64,000 nt of DNA. Origin: a virus (Duplodnaviria > Caudoviricetes). The position numbers were made by a program, and so were the translations under genes. Each line of letters opens with the position of its first letter. Position 1 is the stretch's first letter. Below the pieces are notes generated by a model. That model saw only the letters and a program-made list of their open reading frames with translations. It was not told where the DNA came from and ran no database searches. The stretch lies in IMG/VR virus record IMGVR_UViG_3300029305_003192; one strand, written 5' to 3'. This document shows positions 30,346 to 39,442 of this stretch, piece by piece.

Positions 30346-31077
30346 TTACTTAGCTTTCTTTCTTGGAGATGCAAGCAGTTTACTACCACTAATGATGTTA
30401 GTCTTCATACCTGCAGAGGTATAATACACATCAAGGGTATTGACTGCCGTCTTATCCTCAGGCAATGATTCGAGTTCACCAAGATAACATACGCCATCTG
30501 TAGCGATTCTGTTATATGCCTGGTTCTTAGCCATCTCATCATCGGCACGGAATCCGAGGAATTCCTTAAGAGTATTATTAGCACCATATGCACTGAGGGC
30601 ATATGTCTCAACATTAGAGATTCTCGCATTCTTATCCTGACCAGATACCTGACCAGTTATAGAGCTTCTCTTATTGATACTTGTGGAACCGCTGTTCTTA
30701 TGATGAACCGTCTGTGGAAGACGTTTCTCGTGTATATAACCAACCGGAACTTTATCCGGTGTAACAACTACTGGTCCGTCTTTACCATTCAGATGTGGAA
30801 TACATACCCTTTCATAAAGAGGGATACCAAAGAGGTCTGCGGCCTTCTGAATATATTCAAGTTTCGCCGGTCGTTCATATTCGTCGATCTCCCAGTAGAA
30901 GTTGTGCTCAAATGCTTCGTCGAGCCAAAGTACCCACTTATCGAATTCCTTATCGGATACCTTGTCCCACTTTTCATGATAGAATTTAGTATTAGTACCT
31001 GTAGGGTCTAATGCATTGAAGAGTTTATCCAGGTCCGCCATGAAATCGGCTCTGGCCTTATTTGAGTATGTGGGCAT
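30346..31077 (-). CDS. second RNA polymerase beta C-terminal fragment (probable virion RNAP subunit)
   Basis: VPVGYIHEKRLPQ..RSSITGQVSG..RISNVETYALSAYGANNTLKEFLGFRADD matches the RpoB C-terminus ([39 protein letters not shown]). Confidence 0.85.
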   Translation of the reverse strand: MPTYSNKARADFMADLDKLFNALDPTGTNTKFYHEKWDKVSDKEFDKWVLWLDEAFEHNFYWEIDEYERPAKLEYIQKAADLFGIPLYERVCIPHLNGKDGPVVVTPDKVPVGYIHEKRLPQTVHHKNSGSTSINKRSSITGQVSGQDKNARISNVETYALSAYGANNTLKEFLGFRADDEMAKNQAYNRIATDGVCYLGELESLPEDKTAVNTLDVYYTSAGMKTNIISGSKLLASPRKKAK

Positions 31078-31091
31078 AATTAATCCTCCTT

Positions 31092-32369
31092 TTATCTCTT
31101 CGTCGATACTACAAGGACGAAGTAAAGATAGATTGCCTTACGATAACGATTAAGAGTATCAGGTCTTGTAGATGACCTATATGTATTGGAACCTCTTGAA
31201 AGCCATACATGACTAAGTTCCTTAATACGAATAATATTCTTATCGTTACTATTACCCTTCTTATAAATCGAGTCGCCGGCAACGAAGAACTTGTTAGAGT
31301 TTACATCACTCTTAGTTGCCTTCGGATATTCTTCAAAGAATAACTGGAAGAGGCAGTTATAGAACTCACGAACTTCACGAGCATTATTCTCATCATGTAA
31401 TAGAGAAATACATGTACGAAGTTCATTATCTGCAACTGCACAAAGTTTCGCAACTGTTGATACTACCTGGGTATTGACGCGTTCCTGGAAGAACTGCATT
31501 GTATACTGACCAGCAAGGGTATCGACAAGTGCAATGTGACTCTCTCTATCAACAAGAAAATCACCTTCGTCATTACGTTCTATAGCTTCGAAGTAACGAT
31601 TACCTTTATCGTAGTTCTTCTGATACTCACCACGGATAGACCTCATCTTATGTGCAACACGAGTCTTGAATGCGTTGATAAGATTAATGATATCCATATC
31701 GCCACATTCCTTGAGGTTTGTCTTGTATGTAGTACAAGCTACTGCCATTGTATCGTCGAGCATGCCTTCAAGCGAGCCACACTTCTTGAGGTCAAATTTG
31801 TTAGTCATATTATTGACTGTGAACTTCATACAGTCCATATTGATATTGGATTCTGAGATGAAGAATGTCGTATATACACTGAAATAGAACGAGTATGCAT
31901 AGTATAGATAAACTGCTCTGAACTTCTCGGGCTGGTCCATATAATGCGACATAGCCATGATAAGGGCAACTCTGATAGGAATGATATTAGCAGCATCACC
32001 GCCGGATGGTCCAGCTTTATCAAGCTTAACTTCTTTAAGAGTCTTCTTGAGTACTTCGGCTAATTCATCCTCATCGATACCACATGCACGGTATACTACC
32101 TTAGCATCTTCACCGCGGGTATTAAATGGAATAATCTTCTCGATGTATGGAGAAGATAAAGCTGTGATATTTCTATCACGGAATTTAGCAATATGCATAA
32201 AGAGTGCCTTCTCATTAGCAGGCTTTGATAAGTTAGTTGCCACTGTATCGTAGAATGCATTCTTCAGATTATATGAGTTGATTCTTTCTATCCCGGTTGC
32301 GGCCTCCATGGCCATATCCCAGTCATCATATTCTAAGAGATAATCAAAGAAAAAATCATAGTTTGACAT
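31092..32369 (-). CDS. putative virion protein co-transcribed with virion RNAP beta-C
   Basis: Acidic leader ending in AMEA; AACA-N6-TA motif upstream; directly upstream of the beta-C fragment. Confidence 0.55.
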   Translation of the reverse strand: MSNYDFFFDYLLEYDDWDMAMEAATGIERINSYNLKNAFYDTVATNLSKPANEKALFMHIAKFRDRNITALSSPYIEKIIPFNTRGEDAKVVYRACGIDEDELAEVLKKTLKEVKLDKAGPSGGDAANIIPIRVALIMAMSHYMDQPEKFRAVYLYYAYSFYFSVYTTFFISESNINMDCMKFTVNNMTNKFDLKKCGSLEGMLDDTMAVACTTYKTNLKECGDMDIINLINAFKTRVAHKMRSIRGEYQKNYDKGNRYFEAIERNDEGDFLVDRESHIALVDTLAGQYTMQFFQERVNTQVVSTVAKLCAVADNELRTCISLLHDENNAREVREFYNCLFQLFFEEYPKATKSDVNSNKFFVAGDSIYKKGNSNDKNIIRIKELSHVWLSRGSNTYRSSTRPDTLNRYRKAIYLYFVLVVSTKR

Positions 32370-32400
32370 AAATTATTATCCCTCGCTTTCACATAGCATT

Positions 32401-32412
32401 TAAATGCCTGTT
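32401..32412 (-). promoter_or_regulatory. putative late promoter AACA-N6-TA
   Basis: AACAggcattTA upstream of the virion RNAP operon. Confidence 0.55.
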
Positions 32413-32432
32413 CGAGCGAGGGATTTCATGGA

Positions 32433-33665
32433 TTATGTTAAGTCGTATTTTGTCCACTTATCTGACTCAAATGCACAGTCCTGTGGTGTTCCTGGTAAGA
32501 AGAGTGTCGCGAGATTATCATTATCGTCATATATCTCGATGAACGAAACCTGATAAAATACAGAGTCATGTATCATATCGTACACTTTCTTCTGTGCATA
32601 CTTGAGTATCATCTTCTTCGCTTCTTCTTCGGGCATGTTGTAGTCACACAGCTGATCGTTTGTACAATATGTCTGCACAATCTGATGATTAGTATCGTCC
32701 ACTGCGGCATGGAACCCAATACGTAGGTATTTATAATTATCAGTATTATATGCAAGATAACTACATACGTCTTCATCACTTACCGCTGATGTGATAGCTC
32801 CGTAATTAGATATGGACGTAGTGAAGAGCAAATAACCCTTGATACTGGAGTGCTTCCACAGTGTATAGATAATGTCGTCTATTTTAACGTGTACCGACTC
32901 GGCACTTGTACTATTCGGGTCCTTACACATCTCCGCAAGACGCTTGGACGTACAAACTTCCCTGAAGAATGAGAGTTTCTCGTTTGTCTCAGCATAACTG
33001 TGTGCTATACAGAACACTTCCGAATTCGTTGCGAGAATCTTATGCTTCTCATCACGAAGGAATTTGGATATATTATCGGATGCATCAGATATCTCAGTAA
33101 TTGAATACTTAGGGATATTTTTGATTCTGATAGGTCCGTTATCTGGTTCAGTGGTTTTTGTCTCTTCGGGAGATGTTTCGTCGTCATCCAAGTCAATAAA
33201 TCTTTCCGGATTTACTATATCGACCAGCTCCTGAACACGTCTGTTATTTGCAAGTATATTCACCTTATACAGACGAACCTCAATAATATCAGTTATATCA
33301 TCAGCTATGTCCTCGATAATCTTCTCGGTGTCGGGGTAATTGGCACTGTCATAGCCCTTGGTGATAGTTCTGACAATATCTGGGTCTTCATCAGTATCGT
33401 TAGCATAGAATACCTCAACGAAGAAGTTCTTAATTTCAAGCTGCTCTATGAGTTCGCACCACTTATTAACCAACATGGGTATTCTCTTGAGTGTGGTTAA
33501 TGATGCCATATGTGTAAGATTCAGATAATCGTCATCAGTACAATCCCACTCGATAGCAAGGCCTGTCTGAAGTGGTCTTATATTAAGCTTTCTTGGACAA
33601 TCGTTGGTTTTATTATTGAGTACATACTGTCCAATATGCTCAATAAATTTCTGTAAGTTCATCAT
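32433..33665 (-). CDS. hypothetical protein
   Basis: Probable start MMNLQK after GAAGGAG. Confidence 0.7.
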   Translation of the reverse strand: MMNLQKFIEHIGQYVLNNKTNDCPRKLNIRPLQTGLAIEWDCTDDDYLNLTHMASLTTLKRIPMLVNKWCELIEQLEIKNFFVEVFYANDTDEDPDIVRTITKGYDSANYPDTEKIIEDIADDITDIIEVRLYKVNILANNRRVQELVDIVNPERFIDLDDDETSPEETKTTEPDNGPIRIKNIPKYSITEISDASDNISKFLRDEKHKILATNSEVFCIAHSYAETNEKLSFFREVCTSKRLAEMCKDPNSTSAESVHVKIDDIIYTLWKHSSIKGYLLFTTSISNYGAITSAVSDEDVCSYLAYNTDNYKYLRIGFHAAVDDTNHQIVQTYCTNDQLCDYNMPEEEAKKMILKYAQKKVYDMIHDSVFYQVSFIEIYDDNDNLATLFLPGTPQDCAFESDKWTKYDLT

Positions 33666-33733
33666 AAGTATTCTCCTTCCATACTTTAAAGACCCCAAGG
33701 CAAATCGTCCTTGGGGTCATAGATAATTTTGAC

Positions 33734-36274
33734 TTATTTATCAATGCAGGCATTGATGATTAAATCTCCATTTGGTACTGGTACAAGCTTCTTGCCCTTA
33801 GCCATTCTGGAGAGTGTTGGAATGTTGGCTACATCATATGCAACCTCACCATTTGTCTGGGTGATAACGTAGAGTTTCTCATCATCATTACAGCTCTGTG
33901 CGAAGATTACTTCATCACCATCATCGACCTTGATGAGGTAAGAGTCATCCTTACGCTTAGTAGCTTCCTGAAGATACTCAGTCTCAACCTTCTTAGCGTA
34001 TCCCTTAGCTGTGAGAATAACGATATACTTATCATTATTCTCTGGGAATATCTGTCGAAGTCCAACACATCTGTCACCTTCGTCAGTTGCAATGAACTGA
34101 AGGCCAATTGTGTCCTTAAGTGCTGTAACAGGGAGTTCGGAATCCTTAACCACAATATACTTACCCTTAGCTGTATATAAGAGCAGCTTGGATGTATCTG
34201 GAGTTTCCGGATTTGATACTACCATAGTAACTGCACAAATTCTGTCATTATCTCTGAGCTTAGCTGCTCTTGCAGCATATCTCTCAGCAACATCTGTAGA
34301 GTCTCCCTGATATACATAATCAGAGAACTTGGTAGCCTTGACCATACCTTTCTCGGACAATGTTGTGAGATAGAGATTGTCATAGGATACCTTAGTTTTC
34401 TTCGCTTCCTTCTTAGTGGCATGTGCTTCATGACTGATAGCGAATCTTCCCTTAATATTACCTTCGAGCTTTGTAACATTGTAGATTGTCTCACCGATAG
34501 ATGAGTAGATAGTATTTGGAATCTCATGAACTGGCATGATTGTATACTTACCATAGTCATCTACAAGGATTACTGAGTCGAGGTTGTTTGCGAAGAATCT
34601 ACCAAGCGGTCTGTCGCCCTGAGCGAGTGTACCGATAGGATTCTTTGTGTGGTATTTGTCAGGTGTCTTAGGAACCTTCTTGATATAACCCTGGAGAGTA
34701 TTGACGATAATGTGCTCGGAGTTCATGATAACCTCATCCTTGTTAACCTGGATGATAGGTGAACGTCTTTCCACAGGTCCATACTTTCTAAGGTCTTCGA
34801 GTTCCTTAAGGATAACCTTATCAATCTTCTTTGGAGAGTATGCGATTTCTGCAATCTCATCAAACTTCTCCTGAAGCTTCTTTCTGTCAGTGATGTACTT
34901 CTCATGAGCATCTGCAGTGAATGCTGAGAGCGGCATACCAATAACAATCTTTGCCTGGTGAGATGACATACCATATTCAGACATAAGTGCATGAGCAAGT
35001 TTCTCAGCAGGTGTCTTTCTGATAATAGTGATTGTCTTCTCGAGATTCTTGCCTTCTGTAAGCTCAATCATGATGTCCTTTGTATCAATATCGGAGCGGA
35101 GCTTATTGAGGCTGTGGTTGTAGAGTGAACGCTTATAGAGTCTTCTCTGGTCAATCCATGCAAGCACAAGTGTCTTGAGTGAGCATGGAACGATGTCTGT
35201 GTCACCTACGATAACCTTAAGGCTGATAGAGAGTGTCTTCTCAAGGTCTGTAAGTCTGAAGAGGTCCGCTCTAACTCTTCTTGGGTCAAGTGCCTTGTCG
35301 AGCTTAACCACCAGCTTGGGTTCAACGAATGTGGAACCATCTGGGTTGAGATAAGACTCAGACTCATTTGCAATATGCTTAAAGTTGATAATCTTCTGCT
35401 TAGCAAGTTCGATTATCTTTGGCATAAGCTTTGCAAAGTCAACTGTATATGGAATATTAGTAATTACCAATCTCCATTCTGTATTAGTTTCTTCGATATC
35501 GATATTAGCTCTCATTCTGAGTCTACCGATACCTGTCTTACAAATATCCTCAATACCCTTAACGTCATCCACAATACAGCAACCTGTAGGGAGGTCTGGG
35601 TAAATGATGATATCTGATGCAGTTGGGTCTTTCAGATATGTCTTACATAACTCAATGATATCACTGATGTGATATGGTGGAATACATCCAAGATGTCCCC
35701 AACCAATACCACTTGTACCATTGACAAGGATATTTGGGAACTTGGATGGAAGATATTCTGGTTCTTCCAGACCAGTTACGAATGATACCATTCCAACAGC
35801 AGCTGTGCTGAAGTCACTGAAGAAACACTCATAACCATATTTGGAAAGGAATGCCTCAGTGTATCGATAAGCACCATACGCGTCTGCTGCGTCTGCTGAA
35901 CCAAAGTTAGATGGTCCAGATATATAAGGTACCGCAGTCTTCCAGTCCTGTGCCATACCAACCATTGTACCATACACGGAGATATCTCCGTGGTTGTGGT
36001 ACTTCATGGCAGTAGTTACCAGTGCAGAACACTTTGTCTTCTTTCCTGGTAATGCACCTTCCTTATAGAAGGCGAAGAGGATTCTTCTTTCAACTGGTGT
36101 AAGAGAATCCATAATGTTAACCAACTGACGGGCATAGTTCAAGTTAGCTCCGAAGATGGTCATTGACTCCGTATTGAAGTCTGAGATATCCATATCGACG
36201 ATATTGGACTCGTCGATAAAGTCGTTCTCGGTAATATTGTCCCATACTTTGGACGTTCCCTTTTTCTTGGCCAT
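33734..36274 (-). CDS. gyrA: type IIA topoisomerase subunit A (GyrA-like, with C-terminal pinwheel repeats)
   Basis: DSLTPVERRIL, YHNHGD, catalytic AYRYTE, FPNILVNGTSGIGWG, PDLPTG; C-terminal blades such as T.KGYAKK and SRMAKGKKL. Confidence 0.92.
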   Translation of the reverse strand: MAKKKGTSKVWDNITENDFIDESNIVDMDISDFNTESMTIFGANLNYARQLVNIMDSLTPVERRILFAFYKEGALPGKKTKCSALVTTAMKYHNHGDISVYGTMVGMAQDWKTAVPYISGPSNFGSADAADAYGAYRYTEAFLSKYGYECFFSDFSTAAVGMVSFVTGLEEPEYLPSKFPNILVNGTSGIGWGHLGCIPPYHISDIIELCKTYLKDPTASDIIIYPDLPTGCCIVDDVKGIEDICKTGIGRLRMRANIDIEETNTEWRLVITNIPYTVDFAKLMPKIIELAKQKIINFKHIANESESYLNPDGSTFVEPKLVVKLDKALDPRRVRADLFRLTDLEKTLSISLKVIVGDTDIVPCSLKTLVLAWIDQRRLYKRSLYNHSLNKLRSDIDTKDIMIELTEGKNLEKTITIIRKTPAEKLAHALMSEYGMSSHQAKIVIGMPLSAFTADAHEKYITDRKKLQEKFDEIAEIAYSPKKIDKVILKELEDLRKYGPVERRSPIIQVNKDEVIMNSEHIIVNTLQGYIKKVPKTPDKYHTKNPIGTLAQGDRPLGRFFANNLDSVILVDDYGKYTIMPVHEIPNTIYSSIGETIYNVTKLEGNIKGRFAISHEAHATKKEAKKTKVSYDNLYLTTLSEKGMVKATKFSDYVYQGDSTDVAERYAARAAKLRDNDRICAVTMVVSNPETPDTSKLLLYTAKGKYIVVKDSELPVTALKDTIGLQFIATDEGDRCVGLRQIFPENNDKYIVILTAKGYAKKVETEYLQEATKRKDDSYLIKVDDGDEVIFAQSCNDDEKLYVITQTNGEVAYDVANIPTLSRMAKGKKLVPVPNGDLIINACIDK

Positions 36275-36286
36275 TTTAATCCCTCC

Positions 36287-38683
36287 TTAGTTATCAAGGT
36301 CGTCGATAGTGATTTCAGCATTAGCAATCAGGTCTCTTCTTGCCTGTCTTGGTTTATTACCCTTACCATGCAAGATGAATACTGTATCAATCGCCTTCTG
36401 TCTGTCATCCATTGTAAGACGTGTAAGCTTACGTGTCTTTGGATTGAGAGATGTTGCGAACATCAGCATTGCTTCTGCTTCACCAAGTCCCTTGAATCTC
36501 TGCTCGGCTGTAATATTATATATACTGCCAATCTGATTAAAGAACTGACCAATCGTAATCTTTTCGGGGATATCCTTCTCGTCTTTATTCTTATTACAGA
36601 ATGCGACGTAAAGGCTTTCGTTCTGATTGAGAATATCGATGAAATGCTCTGCCATAGTCATAAAGCCTTCGTCGATGATAAGTCCATACTGTTCGGACTC
36701 GTAAGCACCTACGAGTGAACGAGACTCTGCATCATAAACCATTTCTGGAAGACGCTTCTTAAGGTCCTTAACCATTGCCGCTGTGCCGAGACCATGCTCA
36801 ACTACCGCATCACAAACATATTCAATGAGTGTTGGGTCACACGCTTCTCTTGTTTCAGCAAGCTTAAGCAGACGTTCGTAGTATCTCTTATTGAGCTCGA
36901 GGAAATTGATAATTTCTCTCTTATTCTGCTCAACTGGAGTACCGTCTGTATCGAATACCCAGAGGCGGATATTCTTGGAAATAATGTCATTATATTCCCT
37001 CTGGAATTCCTTCTTGTCATAGTAGAAGTTCTTCTTCATACCGTACTTCTTAACGGTACTATCAGGGAATACGTAAAGTGGTGGCATACCTGCAAAGAGT
37101 CTGCCTTCCTCAATAAGCTGTGGATACCACGTTACAAGGTCCGTAGATACAAGTGAACGAATGTTCTTACCATCGGCATCGGCGTCTTGTAAGAATATAA
37201 TCTTATTCCACTTGAAGTTATTGATGTCAAATGGCTTACCAGGTTCAATACCGAGAATCTGTGAAAGCTCTCTTGGAATTGCAGACTTGTTTCTCTGAGC
37301 GATATTGAGCTCTGCAGTATTCTTAAGCACACCCTGGGTATGGTAGATTGCCTGGAAGTCGTGGTTTACCGTCTTATTAATAGCTCCGGCTGCGGATTTA
37401 CCCTCAGTGATAATGAGCTCACGATAACCCTTCTTATTGCTATCAGAAAGCGGGATATATCTATCGATAGCGCTTTCGTCAAATACAGACATTGGCTTTG
37501 GAGGCTTGATGCCTTTCATTTGAATTGCAGCAAGTCTAATCTTTGACATCTGTCTGTAGTAACTGATGAGTTTATTAAGGAGTGCATTATTGGAGGAGAA
37601 GAATTCTGCAATAGCATTATGAATTCCCTTACGACCAATCTCGTCAATCTCCTTAGATGTTACAGATGACTTATGCTGACCTGCAAGTACTACTGAACCC
37701 CACTTACATCCAACTACCATTACGAGTCCCTTACGAACATCGGCAGCAGTTACCGGATACTTAGAATCTGGGTCAGCTACTCTTGCAGCTTTGACCATAA
37801 AGTCACAAAGTGCACTACGACATGTATTGAGGTGATAACCGCCTTCAAATGTCCATACGTAGTTACAGTAAGAGTCATTAACTTCCTCTTCAATTGCCTT
37901 GTCGTATGAGAATGACATCTTGAGGAGAAGTGCGCCTGGTTCATTAGATTCTTCCCAGTCAATGTTGATTGGGTCAAATTCGAGTTTGGAAGCAGCAAGG
38001 AACTTAACGTTTGAGTCAAGTCCTGCGTACTTGAATACTCTGTCATAAGCTATCTCAGTACAGTCACCCTTCATAGAGTAGAAGTGAATTGTGAGATGCT
38101 TAGGCATATCATATGACATGTGTCTTAACCACTCGAGACACATGTCTGTAGTAACATGTACTGGACCAAGCATGGTATCACTTGGTATAAAGTTAATCGT
38201 GAGACCGTGCTCATCCTTCTTAGCTGGTGTTGGGTCAAACTCCTGAAGTTCACAATCGATAAACTTGATAAGTTTACTCTTACCTTCACGAATTGACTCC
38301 ATGCTAAATACATGAGAATATGCATTAGTTACTTTCATACCAACACCAAAGCATCCTGCTGAGTAATAGTTGTTGGTACGGTCATATTTGGTAGATGTAT
38401 GCTTATTGGTACAGAACTCGACCATCTTATCATGCTTGATACCTCTACCATTATCAGATACAATGAAGTGCTGATATTCTTCATCGAAGTAAATCTCAAT
38501 CTTATCACATGGCGACATCACGTTTGTCGCTTCGTCGATTGAGTTATTAACGATTTCTTTGAAGAGATGTAATGCACCTTCAGTTCCCAATGTACTGATG
38601 TACATACCGGCACACTTCTGTATCTGCTCAAGCTCATTTTCTATGTGCTCGTAGTTATCATCTACGAACTGAGTCTTTGCCAT
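36287..38683 (-). CDS. gyrB: type IIA topoisomerase subunit B (GyrB-like)
   Basis: EIVNNSIDE, DNGRGI, GCFGVG..TNAYS (GHKL ATPase), ITEGKSA, DADADG (TOPRIM), QRFKGLGE. Confidence 0.93.
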   Translation of the reverse strand: MAKTQFVDDNYEHIENELEQIQKCAGMYISTLGTEGALHLFKEIVNNSIDEATNVMSPCDKIEIYFDEEYQHFIVSDNGRGIKHDKMVEFCTNKHTSTKYDRTNNYYSAGCFGVGMKVTNAYSHVFSMESIREGKSKLIKFIDCELQEFDPTPAKKDEHGLTINFIPSDTMLGPVHVTTDMCLEWLRHMSYDMPKHLTIHFYSMKGDCTEIAYDRVFKYAGLDSNVKFLAASKLEFDPINIDWEESNEPGALLLKMSFSYDKAIEEEVNDSYCNYVWTFEGGYHLNTCRSALCDFMVKAARVADPDSKYPVTAADVRKGLVMVVGCKWGSVVLAGQHKSSVTSKEIDEIGRKGIHNAIAEFFSSNNALLNKLISYYRQMSKIRLAAIQMKGIKPPKPMSVFDESAIDRYIPLSDSNKKGYRELIITEGKSAAGAINKTVNHDFQAIYHTQGVLKNTAELNIAQRNKSAIPRELSQILGIEPGKPFDINNFKWNKIIFLQDADADGKNIRSLVSTDLVTWYPQLIEEGRLFAGMPPLYVFPDSTVKKYGMKKNFYYDKKEFQREYNDIISKNIRLWVFDTDGTPVEQNKREIINFLELNKRYYERLLKLAETREACDPTLIEYVCDAVVEHGLGTAAMVKDLKKRLPEMVYDAESRSLVGAYESEQYGLIIDEGFMTMAEHFIDILNQNESLYVAFCNKNKDEKDIPEKITIGQFFNQIGSIYNITAEQRFKGLGEAEAMLMFATSLNPKTRKLTRLTMDDRQKAIDTVFILHGKGNKPRQARRDLIANAEITIDDLDN

Positions 38684-38846
38684 ACATTTTCAATCCTTTC
38701 GCGTTTTATTACTGAGTCCCAGCTATCACTCGGACTAATAATATAGTTCAGCCAGAAATAAAAATTTTCTCTCTGGGAAAATATAATACCCCAAAGCGGG
38801 GATACCGCTTTGGGGAGTAAGTATTGCCTGGCCAGGAAATACTTGA

Positions 38847-39281
38847 TTAGTTTTCGTAGTGGGCACCGCCGTGGTTACCACGTCTCTTGTTTGCCTTATC
38901 CTTCTTCTTAGCCTGTTCGCCTCTCTGCTGCTTATAAGCCTTGACGAACTTCTCAGCGTCCATAAGGAAATCAGCCTGCCATTCGCATCTGTGCTGGCCC
39001 TTTTCTGTACTTGTGTCCGTAAGCATTCGCATGAAGTCAGAAGCAGTTTCCAGCTGGTTGAGAACCTGATCCATCTCCTGGTCTGTTGGAGCCTTCTGGT
39101 CGATGATTTTATGACATTTCTTACAGCGCCATGCTGTCTTGCCGTCCTTCTGAATTACTTCGAGAAAGATTTCGCCGTTCTTCTGGTGGTCGCACATACA
39201 TCTAAAGCGACGCTTATTTTTCTCCAGTTTTTCCTGGGTAGACTCGATTTCGTTCAGAGCCTTGTGGATGTTGTTACCCAT
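38847..39281 (-). CDS. small zinc-ribbon protein, probably early
   Basis: CMCDH..CKKC; AGGAGG RBS; TATATATCAT at 39385-39394. Confidence 0.7.
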   Translation of the reverse strand: MGNNIHKALNEIESTQEKLEKNKRRFRCMCDHQKNGEIFLEVIQKDGKTAWRCKKCHKIIDQKAPTDQEMDQVLNQLETASDFMRMLTDTSTEKGQHRCEWQADFLMDAEKFVKAYKQQRGEQAKKKDKANKRRGNHGGAHYEN

Positions 39282-39384
39282 GATAGAATTCCTCCTATGA
39301 ATTGAAATTTATGGATTATGTCCATTAGAGATATTATTTCTTGAGTGGTAAGAATTAATATCCGATATGGAGTTGTCCGGCTGT

Positions 39385-39394
39385 ATGATATATA
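39385..39394 (-). promoter_or_regulatory. putative early promoter TATATATCAT
   Basis: Exact motif just after the endolysin terminator. Confidence 0.7.
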
Positions 39395-39442
39395 ACTGAA
39401 AATAAAATACCCGATGCCCATTTAGGCATCGGGTATAAACGA

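Noticed and set aside
5099-33698. Chimallin (nuclear shell) gene among the hypothetical proteins
   Set aside because: No candidate can be recognised from sequence alone; this needs a structure-based search
975-38683. Introns or inteins in RNAP, RecA or gyrase genes (common in AR9-like phages)
   Set aside because: The reading frames are continuous and no intein C/S...HN or LAGLIDADG motifs are evident
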